64,000 bases of DNA from Candidatus Rokuibacteriota bacterium (GCA_031406795.1 JANOHV010000005.1:1-64000); one strand, 5' to 3'. Counted from the stretch's first letter, positions 1 to 10,875 are shown. The notes: a model not told the origin generated them from the letters alone. Numbers and translations are program-made.

Positions 1-213
1 GATCACGTCGTGCTTGACCTTCTTCTCGATCTCGAGGATCCGCGCGACGTCGATGCGGGCCTTCTTCCGGCAGACGACGGGGACCTTCTTCGGGATCCAG
101 CCGCGGCGGGCCATCGCCTCGGCGGCGGCCAGTTCAACCTCCAGCCAGGCCGCATAGCGGTTTCCGGTCTCCCAGATCGCGGCCATTTGCGGGCGGGAGT
201 AGCGTGCAATCAT
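1..213 (-). CDS. purB: adenylosuccinate lyase, 5' part (runs off window)
   Basis: Manual translation from ATG at 213 (not in ORF track): MIARYSRPQMAAIWETGNRYAAWLEVELAAAEA...ILEIEKKVKHDVI, typical PurB N-terminus; AGGAG SD upstream. Confidence 0.9.
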   Translation of the reverse strand, partial: MIARYSRPQMAAIWETGNRYAAWLEVELAAAEAMARRGWIPKKVPVVCRKKARIDVARILEIEKKVKHDVI

Positions 214-283
214 GTCTGTTTCTCCTTGGCAGGTTATCCCTCGTGAATGTTGGCTCCACTTTACCGATATTTCCAGCGATTGT

Positions 284-377
284 GTAGGGGCGGGGTTGAT
301 CCCCGCCGGCGATGGACATCGCGTGTGGGACGCCTGGATCGCTCGTTGCTTCGGGCGGGGATCAACCCCGCCCCTAC
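284..377. repeat. GTAG-type REP doublet (REPIN-like)
   Basis: gtaggggcggggttgatccccgcc ... ggcggggatcaaccccgcccctac: two inverted GTAG-capped palindromes. Confidence 0.8.
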
Positions 378-1195
378 GGGCGAATGCTGACGGTGACGGG
401 AGCGTCGGGGCCGGCGACGTGCAGTGCGATCCGCCCGTCCAGGCGAAACCGCCGCAGAACGCCGCGGGCCGCGCCGAGCGCCAGGTCCGGCGTGTTGTTC
501 GTCTCGGAGAGATGCGCCAGGACCAGCGCTTCGAGCCCGGTGTCGTGACGGAGAATGTCCTCGAGGAGCTTCGCCCCCTGCTCGTTCGAGAGGTGCCCCC
601 CCTGCCCCTTGATCCACTGTTTCACCGGCCACGGGTAGGGGCCGCTCGCGAGCATCGCGGGATCGTGATTGAACTCCAGGACGAGCAGCCGGCAGCCGGC
701 GAGATGGTGGTCCATCAGCGCGATCGGGTGGCCGAGGTCGGTCGCATACCCGGCCTTCACCCCCTCGTGGAGGAACACATAGGCCACCGGATCGGCCACC
801 CCCTCCCGGTGGTTGCCGTGGCGGCCCCCCTGGCTCGTATGCGGCGTCGAGAATGGCCGGACCTCGACGTCGCCGAGCGTGAAGCTATGTCCCGGCTTGA
901 CGTGCCTGACGCTCGGCATCTCGCCGAGGTGCCGCCGTTCCGCCTCGTGCGTCCCCCGGGTGAGGTAGACGGGTGTCCCGTGGCGCCGCGCGAGGATGCC
1001 CGCGCCCCGGACGTGGTCGGCGTGCTCGTGCGTGATCAGGATCCCGGTGAGCTCGCGGGCATCGGCGCCGACCGCCGCGATGCGCCGCTCCAGTTCTGAA
1101 CCGCTCAGGCCGGCATCGACCAGGATGCGGGTGCCGCCGGCTTCAACAAGAGCGCAATTGCCAGCGCTGCCGCTGGCGAGCACATGGATCTTCAT
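374..1195 (-). CDS. MBL-fold metallo-hydrolase (YycJ/WalJ family)
   Basis: MKIHVLASGSAGN start, THEHADH metal motif, LEFNHD, GHLSN, LAHLSETNN. Confidence 0.88.
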   Translation of the reverse strand: MKIHVLASGSAGNCALVEAGGTRILVDAGLSGSELERRIAAVGADARELTGILITHEHADHVRGAGILARRHGTPVYLTRGTHEAERRHLGEMPSVRHVKPGHSFTLGDVEVRPFSTPHTSQGGRHGNHREGVADPVAYVFLHEGVKAGYATDLGHPIALMDHHLAGCRLLVLEFNHDPAMLASGPYPWPVKQWIKGQGGHLSNEQGAKLLEDILRHDTGLEALVLAHLSETNNTPDLALGAARGVLRRFRLDGRIALHVAGPDAPVTVSIRP

Positions 1196-1328
1196 GACGC
1201 GGGCGCTTCGCCCGCAAGCTTGTGCAGAGTTGTGCCTGAGAGCGGCGAGATAGTTCCTTGAAGACAGACAGCGGGTACCGTCCCGGAGAAATTCTTGAAC
1301 GCGCCCCCCCCGGCCGGGCGGACCCCGC

Positions 1329-2531
1329 TCAAGGAAACTCGACGCCCGGGAGCGGCGCCGGGGCGCGCGCCGCGAACCGCTCGAGCATCTCCTTCACGAC
1401 GCCCTCGATCCCGGCGAGAATGGTCGCGTCGCTCGTCTCGTCGAACTGCTGGTAGATATTCAGCACGGAACCGTCAGGGTCCACGCTGACAATCGTCGGG
1501 AGAAACTCGATCTGCAGCGCCTGGGGAAGCGGGTTCTTCTCGTCATAGAGCACCGGGAAGTTCACCTTGATCTTGTTCTTCTGCTCGAACTCGCCGATGA
1601 AGCGCCGGACGGTGTCGGCCCCGTGCCCGTACTCGCCGTCGGTGTTCACGCTGACAATCTTCACCCCCTGCGGGCCATAGCGCTCCTGCACCGTGACGAG
1701 CGCCCGGAACTTCTCGATGCAGGACTGGCAGTACATCGACCAGAACACGAGGAGGATCTTGCTGCGCTGGGCCAGCATCCCCCGCAGGTCGACGTCCCGC
1801 CCCAGGATCCCGCGGGCCTTGATCGGCGGGATCGGGGCGCCGACCCGCAGGCCGCCGCGGCTCGGGAGCGCGGCGCCGAAGCCGCTGGTGGACACGCGCT
1901 CCGGGGTTTCGGAGGCGGCAGCCGCCTCCGCCGCCGGGAGGTGCAGGGACTGGCGCACGAGATCTTCAAGTCCCGCGAGGATCTCGGCATCCTTGTGTTT
2001 GCCGAAGGACTGGTAGAAGTTGCCGACCCGGCCGACCTCGTCCACCGTGACGATCGTCGGCAGCACTTCGACGTTCATCGCCTGGGCCACCCAGTTGCGC
2101 TCGTCGTAGAGGATCGGGAAGTTGATCCGGACCCCGCGCCGGCGCTCGTAGTCGGCGATGAACTCGCGCACCAGTTTCGGACCGCGGCGGTACTCGCCGT
2201 CGGTGTTGATCGAGATCACCATCAGCCCCTGGGAGGCGTAGCGGCTCTGGAGGGTCGTCATGGCGTCGAATTTGTCGACGCAGGACTTGCAGTACATCGA
2301 CCAGAAAGCCAGCAGGGGCCGCTTGCCCGCCCGCAGGACGGCGTCGAGGTCGATTTCGGCGCCGTAGATATCCACCGCCTGGAACCGCGGAACCACGTCG
2401 CCGCGGCGCAGCTGCCCGGTCGGGAGGATGTACGACCCCGCGCTCGGCGCCGGCGCGTCCCCTCCGCGACAGGGCACCGCGGGGGCGAGGAGCAGCAGCA
2501 GCGCCAGCACTGGAACAGCCTCAACCCGCAT
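1329..2531 (-). CDS. exported protein with two tandem TlpA/redoxin (thioredoxin-fold) domains
   Basis: Signal peptide; FWSMYCKSC and FWSMYCQSC; duplicated INTDGEY and LPTIV motifs. Confidence 0.8.
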   Translation of the reverse strand: MRVEAVPVLALLLLLAPAVPCRGGDAPAPSAGSYILPTGQLRRGDVVPRFQAVDIYGAEIDLDAVLRAGKRPLLAFWSMYCKSCVDKFDAMTTLQSRYASQGLMVISINTDGEYRRGPKLVREFIADYERRRGVRINFPILYDERNWVAQAMNVEVLPTIVTVDEVGRVGNFYQSFGKHKDAEILAGLEDLVRQSLHLPAAEAAAASETPERVSTSGFGAALPSRGGLRVGAPIPPIKARGILGRDVDLRGMLAQRSKILLVFWSMYCQSCIEKFRALVTVQERYGPQGVKIVSVNTDGEYGHGADTVRRFIGEFEQKNKIKVNFPVLYDEKNPLPQALQIEFLPTIVSVDPDGSVLNIYQQFDETSDATILAGIEGVVKEMLERFAARAPAPLPGVEFP

Positions 2532-2620
2532 GCCCGGTCCCCCGTCGGGAGTTTCCCGTCACTGTCATGAGCATACTCCAACCGCCCGCGCGCCACAATC
2601 GCGACGCCGGGAACCGCTCA

Positions 2621-3079
2621 TCAGCCGGTCGACCCGAAGCCGCCCGCGCCGCGGGCGGTCCCCGGAAGTTCGCTCACGAGTTCGAGTGTGGCGCGCTCGA
2701 CGCGGGCGACCACCAGCTGAGCGAGCCGCTCGCCCCGCCGGATCGTCACCGGCTCCGAACCGTGGTTGATGACGACGAGTTTCACGGTGCCGCGGTAGTC
2801 GGCGTCGATCGTCCCCGGGGTGTTCAGCAGCGTGATTCCCGAGCGGACGGCCAGGCCGCTGCGGGGGCGCACCTGCCCTTCGTACCCCGGCGGGATCGCC
2901 AGCGCGACGCCGGTCGAGACGAGCGACCGCTCCCCCGGCGCGAGTTGCAGATCCTCCCCGATCGCCGCGAGCAGATCCATCCCGGCGGCGTGATCACTCT
3001 GGTAGCGCGGCAGCTCGAGCCCGCGGCCCTCCGGGTCGACGCGGACAAGGACACGCACACTCCCGCCGTTGCCGCTCAC
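2621..3079 (-). CDS. dut: dUTP diphosphatase
   Basis: [31 protein letters not shown] motifs; GTG start overlapping upstream stop (GTGA). Confidence 0.95.
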   Translation of the reverse strand: MSGNGGSVRVLVRVDPEGRGLELPRYQSDHAAGMDLLAAIGEDLQLAPGERSLVSTGVALAIPPGYEGQVRPRSGLAVRSGITLLNTPGTIDADYRGTVKLVVINHGSEPVTIRRGERLAQLVVARVERATLELVSELPGTARGAGGFGSTG

Positions 3080-4371
3080 GCCAGTTCCTGCGCCACCTTC
3101 TCGATGCTGGCGGCCGGCCCAACCGCGGACCAGGCCGAGCGCGCGGGGTCGAAGAGCCTCCCCGCGAGCCGGCACAGGTGCGCCGGCGCAACCTCGTCGA
3201 TCCGCTCGAGGGTCTCCTCGATGGTGAACTGGCGCCCGAAGTAGATCTCCTGTTTGGCGAGTTTCATCATCCGGTGGCTCCCCGACTCGAGGCCGAGGAC
3301 GAGATTGCCCTTGAGGTGATCGCGCGCGCGCGTCACTTCCTTCGCGCCGGGAGCCCGCGCGGCGATGCGCTCGAGTTCGCGGCGGATGATCCGCGCCACG
3401 CGCGGCGCCTGGTCGGGCCGCGTGCCGACGCTGACCGAGAACAGGCCGGCGTCGCGATAGGCCGAGTGAGAAGAGAAGATCGAATAGGCCAGGCCGCGCT
3501 TCTCCCGCACCTCCTGGAAGAGCCGCGAGCTCATGCTGCCGCCGATGATCGTGTTGAGGACGTACAGGGCGTAACGATCGGCGTGATCCTGCTCGAGTCC
3601 GGCGCAGGCGTAATTGAGGTAGATCTGCTCCAGGTCGCGGGCGCGGCTGTAGAACCCGGGCTTGACCCGCGGCGTCGTCTGGCTCGCCGGACGGTGCACG
3701 CGCTTTGGAAAAGGGAAATAGCGGCGCCAGAGGCGTTCGAGATGCTCGTGGGTGACTCCGCCGGCGGCCGCGAACACCAGGTTGCCCGAGCGGTAGTTGT
3801 CCGCGAAAAACTTCAGCAGCCGGGCACGCGGCACCTTGCCGACGCTGCCGGGGCTGCCGAGGATCGGCCGCCCGAGGGTGCTGCCGCCCCAGAGACCCTG
3901 CACCAGCAGTTCGTAGGCGCAGTCCTCGGGGTTGTCCTCGGCGCAGCGGATCTCCTCGAGGATGACCCGGCGCTCGCGCTCCACCTCGTTGGCGGGGAAC
4001 GTCGAGTGCAGCAGGATGTCGGAGAGGATCTCCATCCCCCGCTCGAGGTGATCGACGAGCAGGTTCAAATAAAAGGCGGTGTACTCGCGGCTGGTGAAAG
4101 CGTCGAGGTGACCGCCGATGGCGTCGATCTCCTTCGCCAGGGCGGCCGCCGTCCGCTTTTTCGTTCCCTTGAAGAGCAGGTGCTCGATGAAGTGCGCCCC
4201 GCCCTCCAGACCGGCCCGCTCGACGCTCGAGCCGCTGCCGACCCAGACGCCGAGCGAGACGGTCGGGCGCCCCGCGAGCTCTTCGGTGACGACGCGGACC
4301 CCGCTCGGCAGCAGGGTCCGGCCGAACACCTGGGGACCCGCGGAAACCTTCCGGGTCACCGGACGCACCAT
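3076..4371 (-). CDS. M16 family zinc peptidase
   Basis: HFIEH inverted zinc motif, [25 protein letters not shown]; usual position after pnp. Confidence 0.92.
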   Translation of the reverse strand: MVRPVTRKVSAGPQVFGRTLLPSGVRVVTEELAGRPTVSLGVWVGSGSSVERAGLEGGAHFIEHLLFKGTKKRTAAALAKEIDAIGGHLDAFTSREYTAFYLNLLVDHLERGMEILSDILLHSTFPANEVERERRVILEEIRCAEDNPEDCAYELLVQGLWGGSTLGRPILGSPGSVGKVPRARLLKFFADNYRSGNLVFAAAGGVTHEHLERLWRRYFPFPKRVHRPASQTTPRVKPGFYSRARDLEQIYLNYACAGLEQDHADRYALYVLNTIIGGSMSSRLFQEVREKRGLAYSIFSSHSAYRDAGLFSVSVGTRPDQAPRVARIIRRELERIAARAPGAKEVTRARDHLKGNLVLGLESGSHRMMKLAKQEIYFGRQFTIEETLERIDEVAPAHLCRLAGRLFDPARSAWSAVGPAASIEKVAQELA

Positions 4372-6495
4372 CTAGACGCCTGCGGGGGCGTCCCCGCCCC
4401 GGCCGCGCATCGCTTCCTTCTTGCTGAGCTTGACCTTGCCGTCGCGGTCGATGTCGATGACCTTGACCATCATCTCGTCGCCTTCCTTCACCTCGTCGTG
4501 GATGTTGTTGACGCGGTGCTCGGCCAGCTGGGAGACGTGGCAGAGGCCCTCGGTCCCGGCGAAGATCTCGACGAAGGCGCCGAAGTCCATGACGCGCTTG
4601 ACCCGGCCCTTGTAGATCTTGCCGACCTCGGCCGAAGCGGTGAGCTCCTTGATGATCGCCATCGCGCGCTTGGCCGAGTTCTCGTCCACCGATGCGATGT
4701 TGATCGTGCCGTCGTCCTGGACTTCGATCTTGCAGCCGGTCTGCTCGATGATCGAGCGGATCGTCTTGCCGCCCGAGCCGATGACGTCGCGGATCTTGTC
4801 GATCTTGATCTTCATGGTCAGGATGCGCGGCGCGTAGGCCGAGATGTCCCCGCGCGGCGCGGTCAGAGCCTCGCTCATCTTGCCGAGGATGTGCATCCGC
4901 CCCTCGCGGGCCTGGGCCAGCGCGCGGGCCATGACTTCGCGGGTCAGCCCCTTGACCTTGAGATCCATCTGCAGCGCGGTGATCCCGGCCGCGGTGCCGG
5001 CGACTTTGAAGTCCATGTCGCCGCAGTGATCCTCGACCCCCTGGATGTCCGACAGGATGTGGAAACCGCCGCCCTCGGCGACGAGCCCCATCGCGATCCC
5101 AGCCACCGGGGCCTTGATCGGGACGCCGGCGTCCATCAGCGAGAGGGTGGCGCCGCAGACCGTGGCCATCGAGGAGGAGCCGTTAGACTCGAGGATGTCG
5201 GAGACGACCCGGATCGTGTAGGGGAACTTGTCCTTCTCCGGCAGCATGACGCGGATCGCCCGCTCGGCGAGCGCGCCGTGGCCGGTCTCGCGGCGGGTGG
5301 TGCCGCGCAGCATTCTCGCCTCGCCGGTGCAGAACGGCGGGAAGTTGTAGTGCAGCATGAAGCGCTTGCGCGAGACCAGGCCGAGGTCGTCGATGATCTG
5401 CTCGTCCTCGGAGGTGCCGAGCGTCGTGACGGCCAGCGCCTGGGTCTCGCCGCGGGTAAAGAGCGCCGAGCCGTGGGTGCGCTGCAGCACGCCGACCTCG
5501 CCGGTGATTGCGCGGATCTCGTCGAGCTTGCGGCCGTCGACGCGGCGGCCCTCCTCGGCGATCATCCGGCGGGCTTCGCGCTTCTCCATGTCGCCGAAGA
5601 TCGCGATGATCTCATTCTTGCGGTCGATCCCGGGGCTCGCGAACTCGGCGAACTCGCCGAATGCCAGCGTGCGGACCGCCTTGACCGCATCCTCCTTCTC
5701 GAACTTGCCGCTCACGAGCATCGCCTCGCGCATCTGCTCGAGGTACTCGGTCTCGAGAACCCGCTTGAGTTCCGCATCCATCACGCCCGCCACGAAGGGC
5801 ATCTTCTCGGGGGGCGCGCCGGCGGCGTCGCGCAGCTTGAGCTGCAGTTCGACGAGCTTCTTGATCTCCTCCTGCCCGAGCAGCAGCGCCTGGACGATGG
5901 TCTCCTCGCTCACCTCGAGGCTGCCGGCCTCGACCATCAGGATCGCGTCCACGGTCCCGGCGACCACCATGTTCAGCGTGCCGGTGGCAATCTGCTCGCT
6001 GGTCGGGTTGACGACGAACTGCCCGTCGACCTGGCCGATGCGCACGGCGCCGACCGGACCCTCGAACGGGACGCGCGAGATCGTCAGCGACGCGGATGCG
6101 CCGTTGAGCGCCAGGATGTCGGTCTCGTTGATCTGGTCCGCGGAGTAGACATTGCAGATGATCTGCACGTCGTTGCGGAAGCCCTTCGGAAAGAGCGGAC
6201 GCAGCGGGCGGTCGATCAGGCGGCAGCCGAGGATCTCGCGGTCGCCGGGGCGGCCCTCGCGGCGGAAGAAGCCGCCCGGGATCTTCCCGGCGGCGAACTG
6301 CTTCTCCTGGTACTGAACGGTGAGCGGAAAGAAATCGACGCCCTCGCGGGGGGAGTCGGCGGCGACAGCGGTGGCGAGCACCGCGCAGCCTTCGTAGGTC
6401 ACGAAAACGGCCCCGTCGGCCTGCTTGGCCATGCGGCCGGTCTCGAGGGTCAGGGTCCGCCCCCCGAAGTCCATGGAAACACGTGTGACGCTCAT
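4372..6495 (-). CDS. pnp: polyribonucleotide nucleotidyltransferase
   Basis: [49 protein letters not shown] and S1 domains. Confidence 0.98.
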   Translation of the reverse strand: MSVTRVSMDFGGRTLTLETGRMAKQADGAVFVTYEGCAVLATAVAADSPREGVDFFPLTVQYQEKQFAAGKIPGGFFRREGRPGDREILGCRLIDRPLRPLFPKGFRNDVQIICNVYSADQINETDILALNGASASLTISRVPFEGPVGAVRIGQVDGQFVVNPTSEQIATGTLNMVVAGTVDAILMVEAGSLEVSEETIVQALLLGQEEIKKLVELQLKLRDAAGAPPEKMPFVAGVMDAELKRVLETEYLEQMREAMLVSGKFEKEDAVKAVRTLAFGEFAEFASPGIDRKNEIIAIFGDMEKREARRMIAEEGRRVDGRKLDEIRAITGEVGVLQRTHGSALFTRGETQALAVTTLGTSEDEQIIDDLGLVSRKRFMLHYNFPPFCTGEARMLRGTTRRETGHGALAERAIRVMLPEKDKFPYTIRVVSDILESNGSSSMATVCGATLSLMDAGVPIKAPVAGIAMGLVAEGGGFHILSDIQGVEDHCGDMDFKVAGTAAGITALQMDLKVKGLTREVMARALAQAREGRMHILGKMSEALTAPRGDISAYAPRILTMKIKIDKIRDVIGSGGKTIRSIIEQTGCKIEVQDDGTINIASVDENSAKRAMAIIKELTASAEVGKIYKGRVKRVMDFGAFVEIFAGTEGLCHVSQLAEHRVNNIHDEVKEGDEMMVKVIDIDRDGKVKLSKKEAMRGRGGDAPAGV

Positions 6496-6532
6496 AGTTC
6501 TGATCCTTTTCTGTTCTGCGAGCGCGGCGCCG

Positions 6533-6802
6533 CTACTTGCGGATGCCGAGCCGCTCGATGATTTCGCGGTAACGCTTGATCTCGGTGCGCTTCAGGTAGT
6601 TGAGCAGACGGCGGCGCTGGCCGACCATCTTCAGCAGACCGCGGCGCGAGTGGTGGTCCTTCGCGTGGGTCTTGAAGTGCTCCTGGAGGTACTTGATGCG
6701 CTCGCTGAGCAGCGCGACCTGGACCTCGGGGGAGCCGGTGTCGCTCTCGTGGAGCCTGAAATTGCTGATGACGCCGGTCTTTTCTTCCTTTTCCATGACC
6801 AC
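6533..6802 (-). CDS. rpsO: 30S ribosomal protein S15
   Basis: [36 protein letters not shown]. Confidence 0.98.
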   Translation of the reverse strand: MVMEKEEKTGVISNFRLHESDTGSPEVQVALLSERIKYLQEHFKTHAKDHHSRRGLLKMVGQRRRLLNYLKRTEIKRYREIIERLGIRK

Positions 6803-6896
6803 TGCCGTGTTCCTCCTCGTTCGCTTGATTTCTTCTCTCTTGATTTGGTGCGAAATTCTACACGATCAGCCCCGTGGAGTAAATCGCAATCTCCTA

Positions 6897-7007
6897 CAAA
6901 CGTGGCTTGACCGCTGCCCCCCTGCTCTTCGTGAGCGAAATCAGGCTTTTCCCGGTGAGTTTCGATGCCTGCTGTTCTGCTGGATCCGCGCGTGCGCGCG
7001 AATCTGG
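6897..7007. repeat. dispersed intergenic repeat family C, copy 1
   Basis: Near-identical to 18172-18252 and similar to 38698-38806; ends in palindrome atccgcgcgtgcgcgcgaat. Confidence 0.8.
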
Positions 7008-7039
7008 TGGGCGACCGCGGTGCGGCGGGCGCAGACGAA

Positions 7040-7078
7040 CGCCGGGGCGGGGCCCCTTTCGGGAACCCCGCCCCGGCG
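7040..7078 (-). terminator. GC-rich hairpin downstream of Calx-beta gene, possible terminator
   Basis: cgccggggcgggg ... ccccgccccggcg stem; no strong U tract. Confidence 0.45.
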
Positions 7079-7119
7079 CCGTTACCGACTCGGTGCGAAG
7101 CGCGGGCGAACCAGGCTCT

Positions 7120-10100
7120 CTAGCGCAGCGTGCCTCCCAGGGGAATCGTCCCCTCGAAGCCGAACTGCGTCTGCCAGAAGCCTTCGCTGCTCTTGAAGAT
7201 GTACCAGTTGCCGCCGGGCGGGTAGTAGCAGCCGATGTCGTCCCGCCCGTCGCCGTCGAAGTCGCCGACCACCGGCTCGGTCCCGGCGAAGCCGAACTTG
7301 GTCTGCCAGAAGCCGTTCGTGCTCTCGAAGACGTACCAGTCGCCGCCGGGCGGGTAGTAGCAGCCGATGTCGTCGCGCCCGTCGCCGTCGAAGTCGCCGA
7401 CCACCGGGATCGTGCCGGCGAAACCGAACTGCGTCTGCCAGAAGCCTTCCGAGCTCTTGAAGACGTACCAGTTGCCGCCGGCCGGGTAATAGCAGCCGAT
7501 GTCGTCGCGCCCGTCGCCGTCGAAGTCACCGACCACCGGGATCGTCCCCGGGAAGCCGAACTGCGTCTGCCACAGCCCGAGCAGACTCATGTCGATGCTC
7601 CAGCTGCCGCTGTCGGGGTGGTAGACGCCGATGTCGCTCCGGCCGTCGCCGTCGAAGTCCCCCGTGACCGGAATCGTCCCCGCATAACCGAACTGCGCCT
7701 TCCAGAGACCCTCGGCGCTCTTGATAATGTTCCAGCTGCCGTTGCCGGCGCGGTAATGGCCGATGTCGCTCGCGCCGTCGCCGTCGAAGTCGCCGGTGAC
7801 GGGAATCGCCCCGGTGATGCCGAGTTGCTTCTCCCAGAAGCCTGCCGTGCTGTTGAATCCGTACCAGTTGCCGCCGGCCGGATAGTAGCACCCGATGTCC
7901 GAACGACCGTCACCGTCGAAATCGTTCCTCCTGATCGGGTGGCTGGCCACGCAGTCCCGGTCCTCCTGGATGGTCACGATGGCACTGGCCGGAGCCCCGA
8001 GTGCGTAGGCCGGGCTCTCGCCGAGCGTCACGACCACCGACTCGCTGCTTTCGCACACGCCGTTGTCCAGAGGCGTCACGGTGATCGTCCCGGTCGCCGA
8101 TCCGGCGGGAATCGTCACGCTGACATCGAGCGGCACGTAGTCGCCGCCCGGGTTGGCCGTGCTGATCACGGTGAAGTCAACCAGAAGCGCCGCGCCCGTG
8201 TCTCCGGTGCGTGTCACCGTGAAGACTCCCGGCGTCGTCCCGCCCTCGGTGATCGTCGGAACCGTGGCGGCGATCGTCACTACCGGCACTGCCGGCGGGA
8301 GCGCCACATCATCGCTCTGGATCGTCACGCTCGCGCTTGCCGCCGCATCCACGAGGTAGGCGCCGCTCGCGCTGAGCGTCACCACGACATTCTCGTCCGG
8401 CTCAACCGCCGCGTCGTCAATCGGCGTCACGGTCACCAGCGCCGCCAGCGAGCCGGCCGGGATCACGACGCTGCCGGGCAGAGCCGCAAAGTCGCTGCCG
8501 GCCGTCGCCGTGCCGCCAACGGTGTAGCTCACCGTCAGCGCCCCGGTGGTGACCCCGGTACGCGTCAGCGTGAACTGTCCCGCCGTCGTTCCGGCTTCCG
8601 TCGCCGTCGGGTCCGTCGCCGCAATCGCCACGGTCGGCGGAACCAGATCGTCACTCTGAATCGTCACCGTCGCGCTCGCCGCCGCCCCTACGGTATACGT
8701 GGCGCTCGCGCCGAGCGTCGCGATCACGGTCTCGCTCGTCTCGATCGCCGCATCATCGATCGGGGTGACCGTCACGGCGACCGTCGCGGCACCCGCCGCG
8801 ATCACCACGCTTCCGGGCAGCGCCAGGTAATCGCTCCCCGCCGCCGCCGTGCCGCCGACCGTGTAGCTCACGCTCAACGCCGCAGTCGTGGCCCCGGTGC
8901 GCGTCACCGTGTACTGCCCGGTCGTCATGCCGGCTTCCGTCGCCGTCGCATCCGTCGCGGCGATCGTCACCGCCGGCAGGTCGTCGCTCTGAATCGTCAC
9001 CGTCGCGCTCGCGGCGGCTCCCACGTTGTACGCGGCATTCGCGCTCAAGGTCACGATCACGGTTTCGTCGGCCTCGACCGTCGCATCGTTGATCGGGGTA
9101 ACGGTCAGCATCGCCGTCAATGAACCCGCCGGGATCACAACGCTCCCGGAGAGAGCGGTGTAGTCATTCCCGGCCGCCGCCGTTCCCGCGACGGTGTATC
9201 GCGCCGTCAATGCAGCGGTCGTTGCGCCGGTGCGGGTCAGCGTGAACAGCCCCGTCGTGGTTCCGGCCTCCGTTGCCGTCGAATCCGTCGCCGCGATGGT
9301 CACCACGGGCAGCGCCGACAATTCATCGCTTTGAATCGTTACGGTGGCGCTCGCCGCAGTCCCCACGGCGTACGCCGCACCGGCGCTGAGCGTCGCCACG
9401 ACCGTCTCATCGATTTCCGCCAACGCATCGTCGATCGGCGTTACCGTCACCAGCGCCGTCAACGAGCCTGCGGGAATCACCGCGCTCCCGGAGAGGGCGG
9501 CGTAATCGCTCCCCGCCGTCGCGGTGCCGCCGATGGTGTAGCTCACCGTCAGCGCCGCGGTCGTGAGCCCGGTGCGCGTCAGCGTGTACTGCCCCGTCGT
9601 CGTCCCCAGCTCCGTGGCCGTGGGGTCCGTCGCCGCAATCGTCACCGTCGGCAGAACCACGTCGTCGCTCTGAATCGTCACGGTCGCGCTCGCCGCCGCT
9701 CCCACCGTGTAGGTGGCACCCGCGCCAAGCGTCACGACGACCGTCTCGTCGGGCTCAACCGCCGTATCGTTGATCGGAGTAACCGTAACGGTGGCCGTCA
9801 GGGCGCCCGCCGGAATCACCACACTCCCGAGGAGCGCCGTGTAATCGCTCCCCGCCGTCGCCGTTCCTCCGGCCAGGTAACTCACCGTCAGCGCCGCAGT
9901 GGTCGCACCGGCGCGCGTCAGCGTAAACTGCCCGGTCGTCGTGCCGGCTTCAGTCGCCGTCGGATCGGTCGCTGCGATCGTCACCGTCGGCAGAACCACA
10001 TCCTCGCTCTGGATCGTCACCGATGCGCTCGCCGCGGCGCCCAAGGTATAGGCCGCGTTTGCGCTCAATGTCACTACCACGGTCTCATCGGACTCGACCG

Positions 10101-10674
10101 CCGCGTCATTTATCGGTGTGACGGTAATCAGCGCCGTCAACGAACCCGCCGGAATCACCGCGCTGCCGGAGAGAGCCGTGTAATCGCTTCCTGCCGTCGC
10201 CGTTCCCCCGACCGTGTAGCCAACTGTCAGCGCCGCAGTCGTCGCTCCGGTGCGCGTCAGCGTATACTGCCCCGTCGTCGGCCCGACTTCCGTGGCCGTC
10301 GCATCCGTCGCCGCAAGCGTCACGGTCGGCAAAGCTACCGCTCCGGGATCAGCCGCATTCCCCGGATAAGTCAGTGCGGCGATCTCGGCCTGATTGGTGA
10401 TGCCATCGCCGTCCGAATCGAGCAGATTGATGGCCGTGAAGCTGTGGCCCGCTGAGGCGTATGCGGCCCCGTAGGGGTTGCGTGCCGAGGTGGACACGTT
10501 CGCAGTGGTATGGCAGATCAGGCAACCATCCAGCTTCGACCCCACCGCCGCCGGATAGGCCGTTCTAAATGCCGTCCGATATCCCGATGACGCCGCCGCC
10601 GTGCCGGCCAACGCCAGCACCCCGACCAACGCCGCGGACAACAACGTTTTCCAACCCCTGCTCTTCACGCCCAT
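7120..10674 (-). CDS. large secreted protein: N-terminal CxxCH domain, 7 Calx-beta-like repeats, 6 FG-GAP/VCBS-like repeats
   Basis: ATG 10674 with GGAGG SD; signal peptide; CLICH; 7 ~110-aa repeats (PTVTIAATD..ATE..G.FTLTRTG..GTATAGSDY..TVTPIDD..E.DETVVVTL); 6 DFDGDGxxDIG repeats. Confidence 0.85.
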   Translation of the reverse strand: MGVKSRGWKTLLSAALVGVLALAGTAAASSGYRTAFRTAYPAAVGSKLDGCLICHTTANVSTSARNPYGAAYASAGHSFTAINLLDSDGDGITNQAEIAALTYPGNAADPGAVALPTVTLAATDATATEVGPTTGQYTLTRTGATTAALTVGYTVGGTATAGSDYTALSGSAVIPAGSLTALITVTPINDAAVESDETVVVTLSANAAYTLGAAASASVTIQSEDVVLPTVTIAATDPTATEAGTTTGQFTLTRAGATTAALTVSYLAGGTATAGSDYTALLGSVVIPAGALTATVTVTPINDTAVEPDETVVVTLGAGATYTVGAAASATVTIQSDDVVLPTVTIAATDPTATELGTTTGQYTLTRTGLTTAALTVSYTIGGTATAGSDYAALSGSAVIPAGSLTALVTVTPIDDALAEIDETVVATLSAGAAYAVGTAASATVTIQSDELSALPVVTIAATDSTATEAGTTTGLFTLTRTGATTAALTARYTVAGTAAAGNDYTALSGSVVIPAGSLTAMLTVTPINDATVEADETVIVTLSANAAYNVGAAASATVTIQSDDLPAVTIAATDATATEAGMTTGQYTVTRTGATTAALSVSYTVGGTAAAGSDYLALPGSVVIAAGAATVAVTVTPIDDAAIETSETVIATLGASATYTVGAAASATVTIQSDDLVPPTVAIAATDPTATEAGTTAGQFTLTRTGVTTGALTVSYTVGGTATAGSDFAALPGSVVIPAGSLAALVTVTPIDDAAVEPDENVVVTLSASGAYLVDAAASASVTIQSDDVALPPAVPVVTIAATVPTITEGGTTPGVFTVTRTGDTGAALLVDFTVISTANPGGDYVPLDVSVTIPAGSATGTITVTPLDNGVCESSESVVVTLGESPAYALGAPASAIVTIQEDRDCVASHPIRRNDFDGDGRSDIGCYYPAGGNWYGFNSTAGFWEKQLGITGAIPVTGDFDGDGASDIGHYRAGNGSWNIIKSAEGLWKAQFGYAGTIPVTGDFDGDGRSDIGVYHPDSGSWSIDMSLLGLWQTQFGFPGTIPVVGDFDGDGRDDIGCYYPAGGNWYVFKSSEGFWQTQFGFAGTIPVVGDFDGDGRDDIGCYYPPGGDWYVFESTNGFWQTKFGFAGTEPVVGDFDGDGRDDIGCYYPPGGNWYIFKSSEGFWQTQFGFEGTIPLGGTLR

Positions 10675-10859
10675 TTCCCCCTCCTCCACTTTGTCGAGAC
10701 CAAAACTGAAGGTTCGGCCTTCTCGGTCAGGCCGCTTCATCCCGCCTAGATTCGCCAAAGCCAGCCGCACTCCACCACTGACTCCGCTCCAATTGCATCT
10801 CATGGCCATATCCCTCCTGAAATTCTAATGTAAAGGTAGTCAGACCTGTGCCTCAGGGC

Positions 10860-10875
10860 TGTGACGAATGTCACC
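10860..10875. promoter_or_regulatory. CRP/FNR-family-like operator
   Basis: TGTGA-cgaatg-TCACC (9/10 match to TGTGA-N6-TCACA) in AT-richer region upstream of Calx-beta gene. Confidence 0.45.

Noticed and set aside
3178-6561. 1127-aa plus-strand ORF, and similar long ORFs at 6907-9123, 13160-16561, 24067-26598, 27372-29264, 41589-44723, 52781-55696
   Set aside because: Antisense shadows of well-supported genes in high-GC DNA; no recognisable motifs.
7140-10330. Tandem nucleotide repeats as CRISPR array or DGR template/variable repeats
   Set aside because: In-frame protein domain repeats (~120 and ~330 nt) without spacers; no cas gene or reverse transcriptase in the window.
10675-10860. Riboswitch in the leader of the Calx-beta gene (also considered upstream of 60123)
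   Set aside because: Hairpins are present but I could not match c-di-GMP or SAM riboswitch consensus by eye; needs an Rfam scan.
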